A DNA stretch of 52,724 bases, the filler included, from Dimargaris cristalligena (taxonomy: Eukaryota): the NCBI GenBank assembly GCA_003614675.1. It is 2 parts of 2 records of this genome, joined end to end, with 100 filler letters (N's around TTAATTAATTAA, not from the genome) between each part and the next. Parts side by side here need not be neighbours in the genome. Positions count along the whole stretch, not along the records: positions 1 to 26,317 come from ML002544.1; 1 more part is not named here. One strand, 5' to 3'. The notes under the pieces are model-generated. The model saw nothing but the letters and a program-made list of their open reading frames with translations, did not search any database and was not told the DNA's origin. Positions 11,973 through 24,351 of this stretch are shown one piece after another; the stretch's first letter is position 1; every line of letters begins with the position of its first letter. The translations under genes and the position numbers were made by a program.

Positions 11973-13289
11973 TTAAAACTTAATATCACCCTCCCGCGTC
12001 TCATGCAGGTTAAGCACTTCCACCTGACCACGTCCCTTGGTCTCGGTTTGCAGTAGTTCAGTAATTTTCCGCAACTGGCCCGGTTCAATAAGGGCCACCA
12101 GTTCATAGGAGTCGGATCCCCAGTCTTCGTCCTCCACGGACCCGACAAACGGCAATATCTTCTCTTTAATCCGCTTAGCGTCTTTGCTCTGAATCACGAC
12201 CCGGACCCGCATCTGGGCCCGCGCGATGGCGAGGATTTTCTTGTCCTGGAGCTGGCGAATGACGTCCAGCGCCTGCTGTTTGGCGCTGCGGTTGGGGTGG
12301 ATGCTGTAGTGTAGGTCATTCATGGCCTTTTCCACCATGGTCACGGTGTACGGCCGTTTAGTCTCCGGGTTGATGCATTTCTCGGCCACAATGGTGGAGA
12401 TATCCCGGTGCATCGAATCGAGTTTGTTCTGTCGTTCCTTTTCGCTGACTTGCATTTCCCCCTTTTTCAGAATCTAGTGTGGGTGGCAAAGAGCGAGAGG
12501 GGGAAGGGGAGGGGTGCAATGGAACCAGTGACAGTGGCCTTAGTCAATCACTGCTGGTTTCTAACAAAAAAAAAGGGGGTCCAGGAGGCTGGTAATGTTT
12601 ACCGAGGGGTAAATGTGGGATCCCCCCTCTCCTAGATCATATAGCGAGTCCCCCAGGGACCATTTAAAAAAGGGGGTCTGCTAATGCGTGGGCCTCAGGG
12701 GACAGGGTCGGGAAACTGCGGGAACTTACCTCCTTGATAATTTTATCTGTATCGTCGGTTTTAAAGGCCTTGAGGAGTTCGTCTTTATTGGCAACCTGGC
12801 CCTTGGACACATTGACGAAGACCGAGTGAATTTGAAGAACCTCGTCAATGTCCGTTTCGCTAGGTAGTGTAGCCAGGAGTAGGGTTCGCATACACAAAAT
12901 AAGCGTTTAAGTAAGTTCATTCGTAGTGTTAATATGTGTGTGTGTGTACAAGTAAAAAATTGTCGGAATAAACCACGGTGCAGCCATACTACATGGGTAT
13001 ATCAGGGGTATTATTAATTTCGGATAACTTACACGTTGTTGCGCCATTCCATGACCTTGTTATTATAACAGGCCACCTCGAAGCGTTTGCCGCCCTTCTT
13101 TAGGCGTACAATTGAGACATTGGTCAGTCTATTATAGGTGTAGGTAGGTTGAAGCAAGTTGGGGTCATTAGGCTGGGTGTCAAGGGTTTTACTAGAATAC
13201 TACCCATAGTAGGTTCTTAGGTCCACTCTATACATGCGTTCTGGAGTTCGCTCTTACTTGATTTGGTTGCTGGGTTGGAAAAGGGACAT
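11973..13289 (-). CDS. SDO1: Ribosome maturation factor Sdo1/SBDS; exons 13289-13258, 13128-13033, 12859-12730, 12473-11973; 252 aa
   Basis: Spliced product [32 protein letters not shown]...[11 protein letters not shown]...[14 protein letters not shown]...[19 protein letters not shown]...AKQQALDVI. All introns are GT-AG and phases are consistent (759 nt). Confidence 0.97.
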
Positions 13290-13790
13290 GTTGAGAAGTT
13301 TTGTAAGTAGGGATAGGGCTAAATTAAGGGGGGTGTACACAGGTAACAAGCTATAAGACAATTAAAGGAATGAACCTTTAACAATGTGCGCGGTGGAATT
13401 CAACATGCTGGTAGGCCTGCCTAACTTTAGCTGGGTGTTTCTGGAGGACTGAGTTTCGCCTTCCCCCCTTTCCTATTACTAAAGGCTATTTGAGGTACAA
13501 AAGGGATTGGTCAGCAAGGCTGCACGATTAAATCTTTTTCCCGGCAATTCAGGTAACGTGACCCGTATGCTTTTTGGACCTCTATAGCGCCGCTGCTTAC
13601 TGTTTACTAGACAGTCTCAGACTATTTCCCGGTCGCTATGGCGGAGTATTGGCAATAAGATATACTTTATGTGCTCATATGGATTAAACGACCCGTCTTT
13701 TTTTATTTTGGTATATACATATAGGAAACTCGCCTATTGCACGGTACTCTTCGTCAAACGCTTCACAACTTTCCAATTTAGCATTCCCCC

Positions 13791-16700
13791 ATGCTCGCTT
13801 CTCCTGAGCAACCCAATGAGGCCACACGGCAGGCCGAACCCGAGCCAACACTGCCGGTTCCTCTCCACAGCGATAGCTTCGGCTTTCCCTACCAGCCTTA
13901 CACTATCCAAGAGGACTTCATGAAAAACCTTTATAGTGCTTTGGAGCAACGTCAAGTGGGTATCTTCGAAAGCCCCACTGGTACGGTAAGTTTACCTACC
14001 CGATAGCTTTGATATGAAGAGCGCGGTGTATAATACCGCAAACTTTGGTATAGACCAATCTCTAATATGCTCCCAAAATAATCAACCATGTCATTAAATA
14101 TAAATAACACCATCCCCCACTGCCCTCAACAGGGAAAAACTCTTAGTATAATTTGCGGGTCGTTAAAATGGCTGAACGACCACAGCCAGCGACTCGACAT
14201 CGCCAAAGAGACTCTTCAATCCCAGCTAATCCAACAAAACACGTCGGGTAGGTGACATTTGGGATCTCGGTATCTAATAGTGCTTCTTTTAAACTCTCTA
14301 AGACGATATTTAAATCTACCCACCACTAAATGTTCGTTCACAAATCCGTGGTTCCAACCCCCCCCCCTCACCGGTACTATTATGCCTATTTTACACAGGT
14401 GAACCGGATTGGGTGATTTTGCAGGAGCTCGACGCCAGAATCAAACAACAGCGGCAAATCCTGGATGACCAGCGGGCTAAGCAGTTGCGCCGACGTGAAA
14501 AAGTGAAAAAATGGAATCGAGATCGTCGATCCAAACGCAACCGAACGATCCCTAGCGTGGTAAGATATTTTATTAAACACCGATTACCTTCCTTTAATAT
14601 ACATCACTCGGAGCCATTCGTGGATATGGAAAATGCCTATTACTCGCCAATTTTCACTTTTTGCACTAAGGCCCGCGACTAATTCGGTATACTATCTGAT
14701 ATATAAATAATGGTGTAACTTCCTAGACATCCCTTAAGGATTCCGAGGCAGAAGATAGCGAGCATCTAGTAGCTCCCTACGAAAGTGAAGGGGAAACCGA
14801 TTCGGTGGTGGGTATTATCGGCGAGGACGGCTACTCTGGATCGGTTCGGAAATTACTTCAGCAGTAAGTAACCCTCACGTAATGTCTAACATTCGGTTTA
14901 TCATGGTGCCTATAATACTTCGCTTACCACCTTAAATTGATCAGATTCGGCTAATTATTATATTAATACCTTCTCTTCGCTATGCTTGGTCAACCACTTT
15001 GTTTGGGTCGTGCTTTATAGGTTGGAGACTACAAAAGGCAAGAAACAGCGGCCTTGTGGAAGCTATGACGACTCTTCGGACGATGAAGATATTGGTTCAC
15101 CCGTCACCAAGGTAAATCGCTGGTCACTGGTGCTGCGTTGAAGCGAGGAGTATTCACTACCGCTGTATTTCAATCCAGCCCATTCGCGATTTATTTATCA
15201 GTATATTTCAAACTCTTGGAGTGAACCCTTTTCTCGAGCGCGCCCATTGGGGTGTGTACGACCTCCCGAAACCTCGATTAACCCCCTTCTGCCCCAATCC
15301 TTCTTCCAATCCGACAATATAGATTCTATTTACATCTCGAACCCATTCACAGCTTTCCCAAATGGTCCACGAAATTCGCAAGACCGGGTATTCCGAGCAG
15401 ATCAAATCCACCTCCCTTGGCTCCCGAAAAACCCTATGTATCAACGACGCCGTTCGTTCCCTATCCAGCATCCAGCGGGTTAATGAGACCTGCCTAGATA
15501 TGCAGAAGAAATCCACTAGCGGCAATCACAAATGTCCCTATTTTCCCTCCGATAAGCAGCAATTGACGGATTTCCAAGACCACTCAATGAGCCAGATTCA
15601 CGATATCGAGGATATGGTTAAAATAGGGAAGGATTTGGGAACTTGTCCGTACTACGGTACCCGGTCCAGCATCGCCGAGGCCCAGGTGAGTTTCCATGAA
15701 CGGTATTCACTTGTCCACCCGTTGCTGCTAGGCCATCAACATATTTCGTAATATATCCTCTTCTAAACCGACCTTATGGATACTTCCCTGGCCTCGATTT
15801 TTGCGTTGTCTTTCTAGATGGTAACTCTGCCCTATAACTTGTTGCTACAAAAATCTGCTCGCGAGGCCCTGGGAATTGACCCCCACAACAACATTGTCAT
15901 TATCGATGAAGCTCACAAGTAGGTACATTTAATAATTTATTTGTGAGGCTTAGATAATTCAAGTTCTGAATGACCAGCACTCTCATATATGTGTGTATAC
16001 CTCAGCGCTCTGGCCATTATTAGAGGTCCAGCGATGTCAGATAGTCTGTCGGTAGTATTGGGTTGCTTTCCCGACTAACCCACCCCGGCTTCCACTATTG
16101 TTCAAACTCTACTACCCCAGCCTCGTTGATACAATTACCCAAATCCACAGCATCATCATTAATCTGGACCAAGTCAATCGGGCCTATTCCCAACTTTCGT
16201 CCTATTTCCAGAAATATAAGAACCGACTAAAAGGCAGCAATGTCAGTTACGTTAAACAGATCCTCCTTCTGCTCACCGCCTTGCGCAAATACCTAAACTC
16301 CGGGGGCCACGGTAAAATAGCACTAGATTCGATGTCCTCAATGGACCGAGGCGAGGAGGCAGGGTCGCATTTGATCAAACCCAACGACCTTCTCCATGAA
16401 TTAAAAATCGATAACATCAATCTATTTAAAATTCAGAAATATATGAAACTAAGCGAGATATCCAAGAAAGTAAGTGTGTGATACAATAGGTAATAAGGGT
16501 TGGCATAGGGTTACAGACTTGATATTTAAACTAGCAAACGGGTCTCGACCATATCTTTTATCGGGTCCTTCACGAATAGCTATGAACCCTTTTCCATAAA
16601 CTGGGCGATGATGCATACTAGTCTAACCCACGACTATCCCTCTTTCGAATGATATATTACTTCACCCGGATCGATAGCTCAATGGATTTGTGGAGAAGCA

Positions 16701-18209
16701 ACAGCAGCAGCATGCCAAAGTCGGGGGGACATCAACGATCCCTTCCAAGCAACTCCCAAGCCTCCAGTCAGATGAGGCCGAAGAATGGACATCCCAAAAA
16801 TCCACTCTACCCCTAATCGAATCGTTTCTGATGACCCTGACCAACGCAGACCAAGATGGCCGTGTTATTCTTGACATGATCCCCGCTCAAAATGCCCAAA
16901 GCTTGCCGCAGCCTTCCCTTAAATACGTGTTATTAAATCCCCAAGAAAGCTTTCGGGATATCGTCAACGAGGCCCGCAGTGTGGTCTTGGCCGGAGGTAC
17001 AATGGAGCCGGTAAGTGCCCCGAATTACCCGGTTTGTCCACTACGGCTATTAATACCTGCCACTACCCTTACCTTGCAACCGAAGGGATGGTAAATTGGC
17101 AAACCATGCTAAACTAATGATAGTCCGAATCACTATGTTGAATTTGCTTTTTAAATTAGGTGACCGAATTGTTGGATTTGCTCTTCAGTTATCTCCCGCC
17201 CACCCAAATCCACCGATTCAGCTGCGGCCATATCATCCCGCCATCTTCCTTACTAGCTTTGTCGGTTAACCAAGGCCCCACCGGCCGCCCCTTTAACTTT
17301 TTGGCCCAATCCCGCAAGAACACGGCGTTGACTGACGAACTCGGCAAGGCGTTGCTTAACCTATGTAACGTGATTCCCCACGGCGTTGTGTGTTTCTTTC
17401 CATCCTATGCTTACCTGGATCAAGTATACCAACACTGGTCCCAAACCGGCCACTTGGCCAAGCTAGACCGTAAGAAGCAGGTTTTTCGGGAACCACGGTC
17501 AGGGGAAGGTAATGCCGAGGGCGTTCTGGCCGAATACAGCCAAGCCGCACGCCATACCCTGCCCCCGACCGGAACCAATTCCTCGGGACCCCCCGGCCCT
17601 CCGCTGCCGTTCCGTACGGGTGCTCTCTTGCTGAGTGTGGTGGGCGGAAAAATGAGTGAAGGGATCAATTTCGGCGATGATTTGGGGCGGGGTATCGTCA
17701 TGGTGGGGCTGCCCTTCGCTAATTTGGGTTCGCGTGAACTACAGGAAAAAATTCGGTTCGTTGGTGAATCGGCTCGTCGGGTCCCGGTGACCTCAGCAAC
17801 CACAGTAGGCGAAGAATCGGGAGACCTGCCTGCTACAAAAAGGGAGGGGTCCGGTGGCCCTTCTTCCGATGCCTCCTCAAGGTCAAGTGAGCTGCCATCG
17901 GCGTCGACCAACGGAGGCCCTGTCGATATTCGCACCGTACTCCAGTCTAGCGAGGCCCAAACCTATTACGAAAATCTTTGCATGAAGGCTGTGAATCAGT
18001 CAATCGGTCGGGCCATCCGTCACCGCAATGACTACGCGGTCATTGTTTTACTGGACGAGCGTTACTCGACGTCGCGGATATCCCGGAAGTTACCGGGCTG
18101 GATCGAGCAACGGCGTACCCAGTGTGACCGATTTGGGCCCGTTGTGGGGAAAATTGCCGGATTCTTTCGCGAGAAATCCGCCAATGCCAAGTCGGGGGGA
18201 ATTTTCTGA
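13791..18209 (+). CDS. CHL1: Chl1/DDX11 Fe-S DNA helicase (XPD/Rad3 family); 10 exons: 13791-13985, 14133-14247, 14399-14559, 14727-14863, 15021-15111, 15323-15685, 15818-15918, 16121-16469, 16678-17010, 17160-18209; 964 aa
   Basis: [109 protein letters not shown]. Exon phases sum to 2895 nt. Confidence 0.95.
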
Positions 18210-18446
18210 TCCATTCTCAACTTCAGTTGCTTACAATTTGCTAAGTTACCGTAATCCTTAGCCAAAATGATTGAATTCCAATTGGCATTCGCATATATAA
18301 AGTATAAGGGTTTAAAATAATTTGGTTTTATTCGTGGATTTAGTACACTCTTCACGACTCAAAGGAAATCCCCCATTTTTAAATAATATAGTACTCACAC
18401 ATAATGGTTTATGGTTGGTCATAGGACGATTCAGCCTCCACGGTAT

Positions 18447-20325
18447 CTATTGTTGGGCCCAAGAACTCTTGCGGTTATCGGTATACACGGGTAAGAGACT
18501 CCGGTGGACCGCTGATTAGTATTAAACATACAATATTCCATCGATTGGGATTAGATTAGTTGGTTATGAGTATCAAACAAAATCAAGCAAACTGTCCATC
18601 TGTCTTATATGTGGCCAATACCAATATGGTTTAATACGCCAAATCTTACCATGGGGTCGTTCATTAAAATAAGGGTGTTTGAGGGCCGAACGGGCCGATA
18701 TCCGCTTGTCGGGATCGTAGGCGAATAACTGGTTCATTAAATCGATTGTTTCGGTCGAAGCGGCTACGAAGGTCTGGCGCAGGTTATTGTATCTTTCAAA
18801 GTGTTGGATTTGCCAAGAAGTGGATATCATAGCATAGCAAGGTGGATAAATGGTGGATTCACCGATTCGCAGTTGGAGGAGGGGGAGGAGGGGGAGGTTA
18901 ATTAAGAATAATAGTAATAGGTTCGATTGGTCAGAATGTGCCAAGAAATTCCTAAGGTTCAGGATGGGGGACTGTACCAAAAAAGGTCAGACTAGGCTTA
19001 TTCTCGTTCAAGGTGGCAATCACTACACCATTTTTCCCCATCGATACGGCACATGGGATAGGTAAGAATGGCCATGACTTACTTCTGCTGAGGTAATACT
19101 ATATTACGGTAGAGCGGGTATTCCACGATGCCCGGCCAGATTCGCTCGTTGGGGGTGCCAAGAAGGTTGATAATCAGTGTAAGCTGATCTTTTTCCGATT
19201 GACCAGGCATGCACGGTTTGTGCAGTAAAAATTCGGCCAGGATACAGCCTACTGACCACATGTCAGTGGCGGTCGTATAACGTGTCTCTCCGAGCAGCAG
19301 TTCCGGCGAGCGGTACCAGAGTGTAACCACCTTGGGAGTCATGGGTGCAATGGGTTCCCTGTAGGTCCGCGCCAAACCGAAGTCGGCAATCTTAAGTACC
19401 CCCCGGGAAGTCAACAAAAGGTTGGGTAGTTTAAGGTCCCGGTGGATAATATAGTGATCGTGGCAGTACCGGAGACCGGCCAATAGCTGTTGCATTAAAC
19501 ACTTGGTTTCGGCCACCGTGTAGGGGTGCTTTTTGTTATCGAGAAGTCGCCCGAGGTCCTGCTCGCAATGTTCCATCGCCATGAAAATATTATTGAGGCT
19601 GTAGCCGACCACCACATCAAGTAGCCGAATGACATTGTCGTGACGTAGGCTTTTTAGGAGGGTGATCTCGCGGAAACTGGATAAAGGGAGCCCGTTGTTG
19701 TTGTCGGTCTCCATGCGGATCTTTTTTAAAGCAACGATGGTATTGCTGGATGTGTCCCGGGCTCGGCTAAATCGTTCCGATACCATCGTGCATTGCGGGA
19801 ATCAACGGATAGCAAACAGGTGGATGTGTGAGTGGACAGGTTTTTTAGGCGTCGTGATCCATTTATATACTTTCCCCTTCATACAGTCAATGCCATTGTA
19901 GGTTTTAGCCCAAGTCGGATGGTACTATTAAAGTCGCCGTAGCGAATGCCCGTCGATGGGTTAACAGGAAATGAAGATTGCCAGCACTACGGCGCATTAG
20001 ATAATTCACCTGCAATATAGGGTCATCCATTCCGATTATCCCCTAAGGCACACTATCCGCGACCGTAGAAAGGGCGGGGAACACACACTTACTAGACAAT
20101 ACCGTAGGTTCCTTCGCCCAGACGGCTGAGCTTTTCAAATTCCTCCACACTCCGACAGGCGCCCAGGAAGCCCAGAGGAACTCCTCCGTGTTCGCCAGAG
20201 GGTTTGCGCTCATTGGCCTTGCTACCGAGGGATTGCTCCAAGTCTTCCAGAGTTAGGGTTGACTCTTGTCCAGCGAGGTTGTATAAAACCAAAGGCGACC
20301 CGGCCGGGTTGCTAGTGCTGCCCAT
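18447..20325 (-). CDS. CDK10: Cyclin-dependent kinase 10-like; exons 20325-20093, 19766-19083, 18792-18650, 18511-18447; 374 aa
   Basis: GACRSVEEFEKLSRLGEGTYGIVY, cyclin-binding helix LPLSSFREI (CDK10 has PISSLRE), MEHCEQDL, HRDLK, PMTPKVVTLWYRSPELLLG, LGTPNERIWPG. Exon phases sum to 1125 nt. Confidence 0.88.
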
Positions 20326-21018
20326 GGCGCGATGCTTCCGAGCTCGAGACGATGGTGGGGAGAAGAACTGGGGTACAATTGGGGCTCAACAAAGGAAATG
20401 TCATACAATTAAAGGGCAAGGTCTCGAGGAGGTGTATAGAGTTAGCTAAGTTAATTCCAATTTTGATAGCAATGCTCCGGTATAGTCTAATAAACGCACC
20501 AGAGTAGGAAGGTATTGTAGAAAGGAGAGCACAGGTTGGCGGCTAGGCCATGAATTGTTGGCACTGTGGCTATGCGAAAGGTCACCAGCCCCTTTCCACG
20601 AAGGAGATTCCAACATTCCCGCACTGGGTCAGCTTCGGTCCGATATGTAGTTGCCATGAAGCCTACTTTATCAACTCCACGCCTTGTAGCCAGCTAGCTT
20701 ATCTTTATTTGAGTGATTGCGTCTTCTCTATGCCCCCCACCTCCCCATTGATGCCCGGAATTCCACCCCCAGCTCCGCTCTCTTTTATTTCATATTTATT
20801 CGTTTCACTTTGTTTCTGCAGCCCATTTACCAAGTGCTGCCGCTGTACAGTAATTTTTTAAGCTTCTTCCACACATCTGCTGCTAACCCAGAAGACCAAG
20901 CCGCCCACATTTCGATTGGATTGTCTGCATCCGGAGTACCAACTGCCCCTCATCCCCGGTCCCCATAAACCCGCAACATCCCAACTGGGGTACAGTTACA
21001 GACTTTTGAAAGTTCACC

Positions 21019-22305
21019 ATGGGGATAATTGCCTCGAAATTACGAACCCTATTCGGCGCTGGTAACCACAAGCTAGTCATTATCGGTCTCGATAATGCAG
21101 GTAAAACCACGATTCTGTATAAACTGTAAGTAGCCCTGTGCCTTGTCAAATAGGACCAACTTTTGGAAGGTTTTGATCCATGCTGCTCGACACTCCGCCA
21201 TAAACCAGTCCAACTTACATCTATTTTTACTAATGCATTATCCCTACTGCAATTATTTATTAAAAAGCATGATGGATGAGGTGGTCGAGACTACACCCAC
21301 TATAGGCAGCAATGTGGAGGTAAGTCGCTTATAAAATGGAACAATCCGGCCAGCCGGTGTAACTGAATGCTCGCAATCGTAGCCAATTAATGCCTCTTTT
21401 TATATAAGCATTCCGCTGTTAACCACTTACACGTCCTACCATTGGGTATTGAAATAATCGTATAACCTGGTATCATTCCAACGACGCTTCGCCAAATATA
21501 TTAGGAGGTTCGGTTCCGCAATCTTAAATTTTTAGTATGGGACGTAGGTGGCCAAGATGCCCTACGGACGACATGGTCAACCTACTACTGTGATACTAAG
21601 GTACGTTATATTCAGCTATTGCTGATACGTAAGCGTGATTGCCGGTTTTCAATAACTATATTTTTGGTATTGTATTGGATCCACCAATGCGCTAACTGTA
21701 CCACTGCCTGGCATAGTTCACTATATTGTTGCGTGGACATACCACTTATCTTAACACCACTTGGTCCGGCAATGCATGGCTGACCTCCACTGATTGTTCT
21801 TTTATTTGAAATGCCTTTGCCATGACTCTCCCTAGGCGGTTATTTTGGTCATTGACAGTTCCGACCAGGGGCGCTTACATATTGCGAAACGGGAACTTCA
21901 CCGGATGTTACAGGATGAAGTAAGTTGCCGGTTCTTTATACCTCATTTAAAGTGATGATATTTTCTTAACAACGGCATGTGTAACCTGGGCTGACCTGGA
22001 GTACCCCATACAACCCATACTAAACCTTTAAACTAACCATACACGTGCGCACCCATTGACATTATGTGCTTTTGATTCGGATCTATCCCGGGTACATTTG
22101 CATATTCTAGAATACCCATGATGCCCCCGTACTCATCTATGCCAATAAGCAGGATATGCCCCAGTCTCTGACAGCGACCCAAATCTCCAATCTCCTGGGG
22201 CTGGTGGAGATAAAGGACCGGCCATGGCATATCCAGGCCTGCTCGGCCATCAAGGGCGACGGGTTGATTGAGGGAATGGCCTGGGTAGCCGATCAAATCC
22301 GATAA
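21019..22305 (+). CDS. ARL5: ADP-ribosylation factor-like GTPase, ARL5 type; exons 21019-21125, 21268-21319, 21505-21600, 21836-21919, 22111-22305; 177 aa
   Basis: MG start, [35 protein letters not shown] (GSNVEE is typical of ARL5), [21 protein letters not shown]. Exons total 534 nt in frame. Confidence 0.88.
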
Positions 22306-22663
22306 GCCTATGCGTTAAACTATACATGTGTCCCCCTCCTTCTACATAACGCTTCTTGCCCTGGTGCTGGGTTCCTATAATCTTGGGGAACTTCATCAGG
22401 AGCAGCCCCCCTCCCTGCCGATATTATATACATCACTATTGCGTCCCTTCTATATCTGTAACCAATAAGACCACTGAATAAATACAATCAGCGGGACTAC
22501 TGCCGTGGCTGGCTCCCCCCAATAGGCCAACTATCAACTAGATAGATGACTGGTTTTTATAAGCGCGATTTACTGCGCAAAAGTAGTTTGGACGGCGCGC
22601 TCCTAGTTCGGTCGTTAAACCCCAGCTAACACATGTTACACTATTAAATAGGGGCCTCAGATA

Positions 22664-22670
22664 TGACTCA
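22664..22670 (+). promoter_or_regulatory. Gcn4/CpcA-type element TGACTCA upstream of DAHP synthase; TATAAA at 22807-22812
   Basis: ATGACTCAC lies about 320 nt upstream of the ATG of an amino-acid biosynthetic gene, the expected context for cross-pathway control. Confidence 0.55.
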
Positions 22671-22988
22671 CGGGGATAGCAATAGTGAAAATTCTGGTCA
22701 GGACTTTGTGTACCTTGCGTAAATTGGGCAAATCAGGGGTAAATGACCTTAGTGCTAATTCACCCTAGTATCGCTGAGACCTGCGAGTGAGGGTGACACA
22801 CTACACTATAAAGCTGCCCGCCACAGTTTGGTGCTCGGGGCGGCTACTTTACTTGGGGGTTGCCATAATTTCTTTTTCTTCACTCAGCCTTGGTGGGTTA
22901 TATTCGTGCCTCTCGCTTGGGATTTCCCTGTGCTCTTTTAATACCTACTTGCCTCTTACCCTCCTCCAGTTGTATCCCTGCCTTCACC

Positions 22989-24351
22989 ATGTCTGCTTGG
23001 ACCCCCGACTCCTGGACCACGAAGCCCATCAAACAAGATGTTACCTTCCCTGACCCCGAGGCCTTTAACGCCGTGGTGCGCAAATTAGGTCAGCTCCCCC
23101 CCGTTGGTGTGTCCCGAAGAGGTCCTCAACCTCCGGGAGCAGCTCCGTAAAGTGGCCCTGGGCGAGGCCTTCCTACTCCAGGGAGGGGACTGCGCCGAAC
23201 TGTTCGATTACTGTGCGGCGGGCCCCATCGAAGACAAACTCAAGGTGTTGCTACAAATGAGTCTGGTCTTGATCTGGGGAGCCGGGATCCCTGTGGTGCG
23301 CATTGCCCGCATGGCCGGCCAGTACGCCAAGCCGCGTTCGAGTCCCTACGAATCGGTCAACGGTCAACAAATTATGTCCTTCCGGGGCGACAACGTGAAC
23401 GGTTTCGACCCCAGCGAGCGCATACCCGATCCCCAGCGGCTGTTAAGCGCCTATTTCCACTCGGCCGCGACCCTCAACTACGTGCGGGCCCTGCTCAGCG
23501 GCGGTTTCGCTGATTTGCACGATCCGATGGCCTGGAACCTCGACCATGTGCGCCACGACCACGTCCGGGGCGAGTACCAAAGCATCGTGAATCAACTGCT
23601 CCAGTCCCTCGACTTTATGCGCACCATCGGGGTTGACCGGGGTGAGTCCCAGCCCGCCCTCAATACGGCCGATATTTTCATGTCGCACGAGGGTTTGATC
23701 TTGGAATACGAGCAGGCCCTTACTCGCCAACAGCAGGCCCGGGGTGCCCCCCAGGCCGACTGGTTTAATTTGGGTACCCATTTCCTCTGGATCGGCGATC
23801 GGACCCGTCAACTCGATGGGGCCCACATTGAATACTTCCGGGGTATCAAGAACCCCATCGGTATCAAGTGCGGACCCAGTCTGGATCCCGCCGAACTGGT
23901 CCGTCTCTTGGCCATTGTGGATTCTGACCGCGAGCCCGGCAAAGTCACCCTGATTACCCGCTACGGTGCCGGAAAAATCGAAAACCATCTGCCCGCCCAC
24001 ATCGAGGCGGTACGGGCCGCGGGTCACTGCGTTGTCTGGGCCTGCGACCCCATGCACGGCAACACGGAATCCACCCCCACGGGCGTCAAGACCCGGCATG
24101 TAGATAACATTATGGCGGAAATTAAGCAAGCCATTGCTATCCACTCGCGTCTAGGAAGCCGCTTAAATGGTATCCACCTCGAACTTACCGGGGAACGGGT
24201 GACCGAGTGCGTGGGTGGTTCCATGGAACTGTCCGCGACGGATTTGGCCCAGAACTACCGCACCTTCTGCGATCCGCGTCTCAACTACCACCAGAGCTTG
24301 GATATCGCCTTTTTGATTGCCCAGCATTACAAGGAATCGCGGTCTAACTAG
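22989..24351 (+). CDS. Class II (plant/AroA-II type) DAHP synthase; intronless, frameshift at poly-C 23096-23102; 453 aa if corrected
   Basis: MSAWTPDSWTTKPIKQ...QLPP/LV, AFLLQGGDCAELF, RMAGQYAKPRS, FRGDNVNG, HFLWIGDRTRQLDGAHIEY, DPMHGNT, HLELTG, CDPRLN. Confidence 0.95.
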
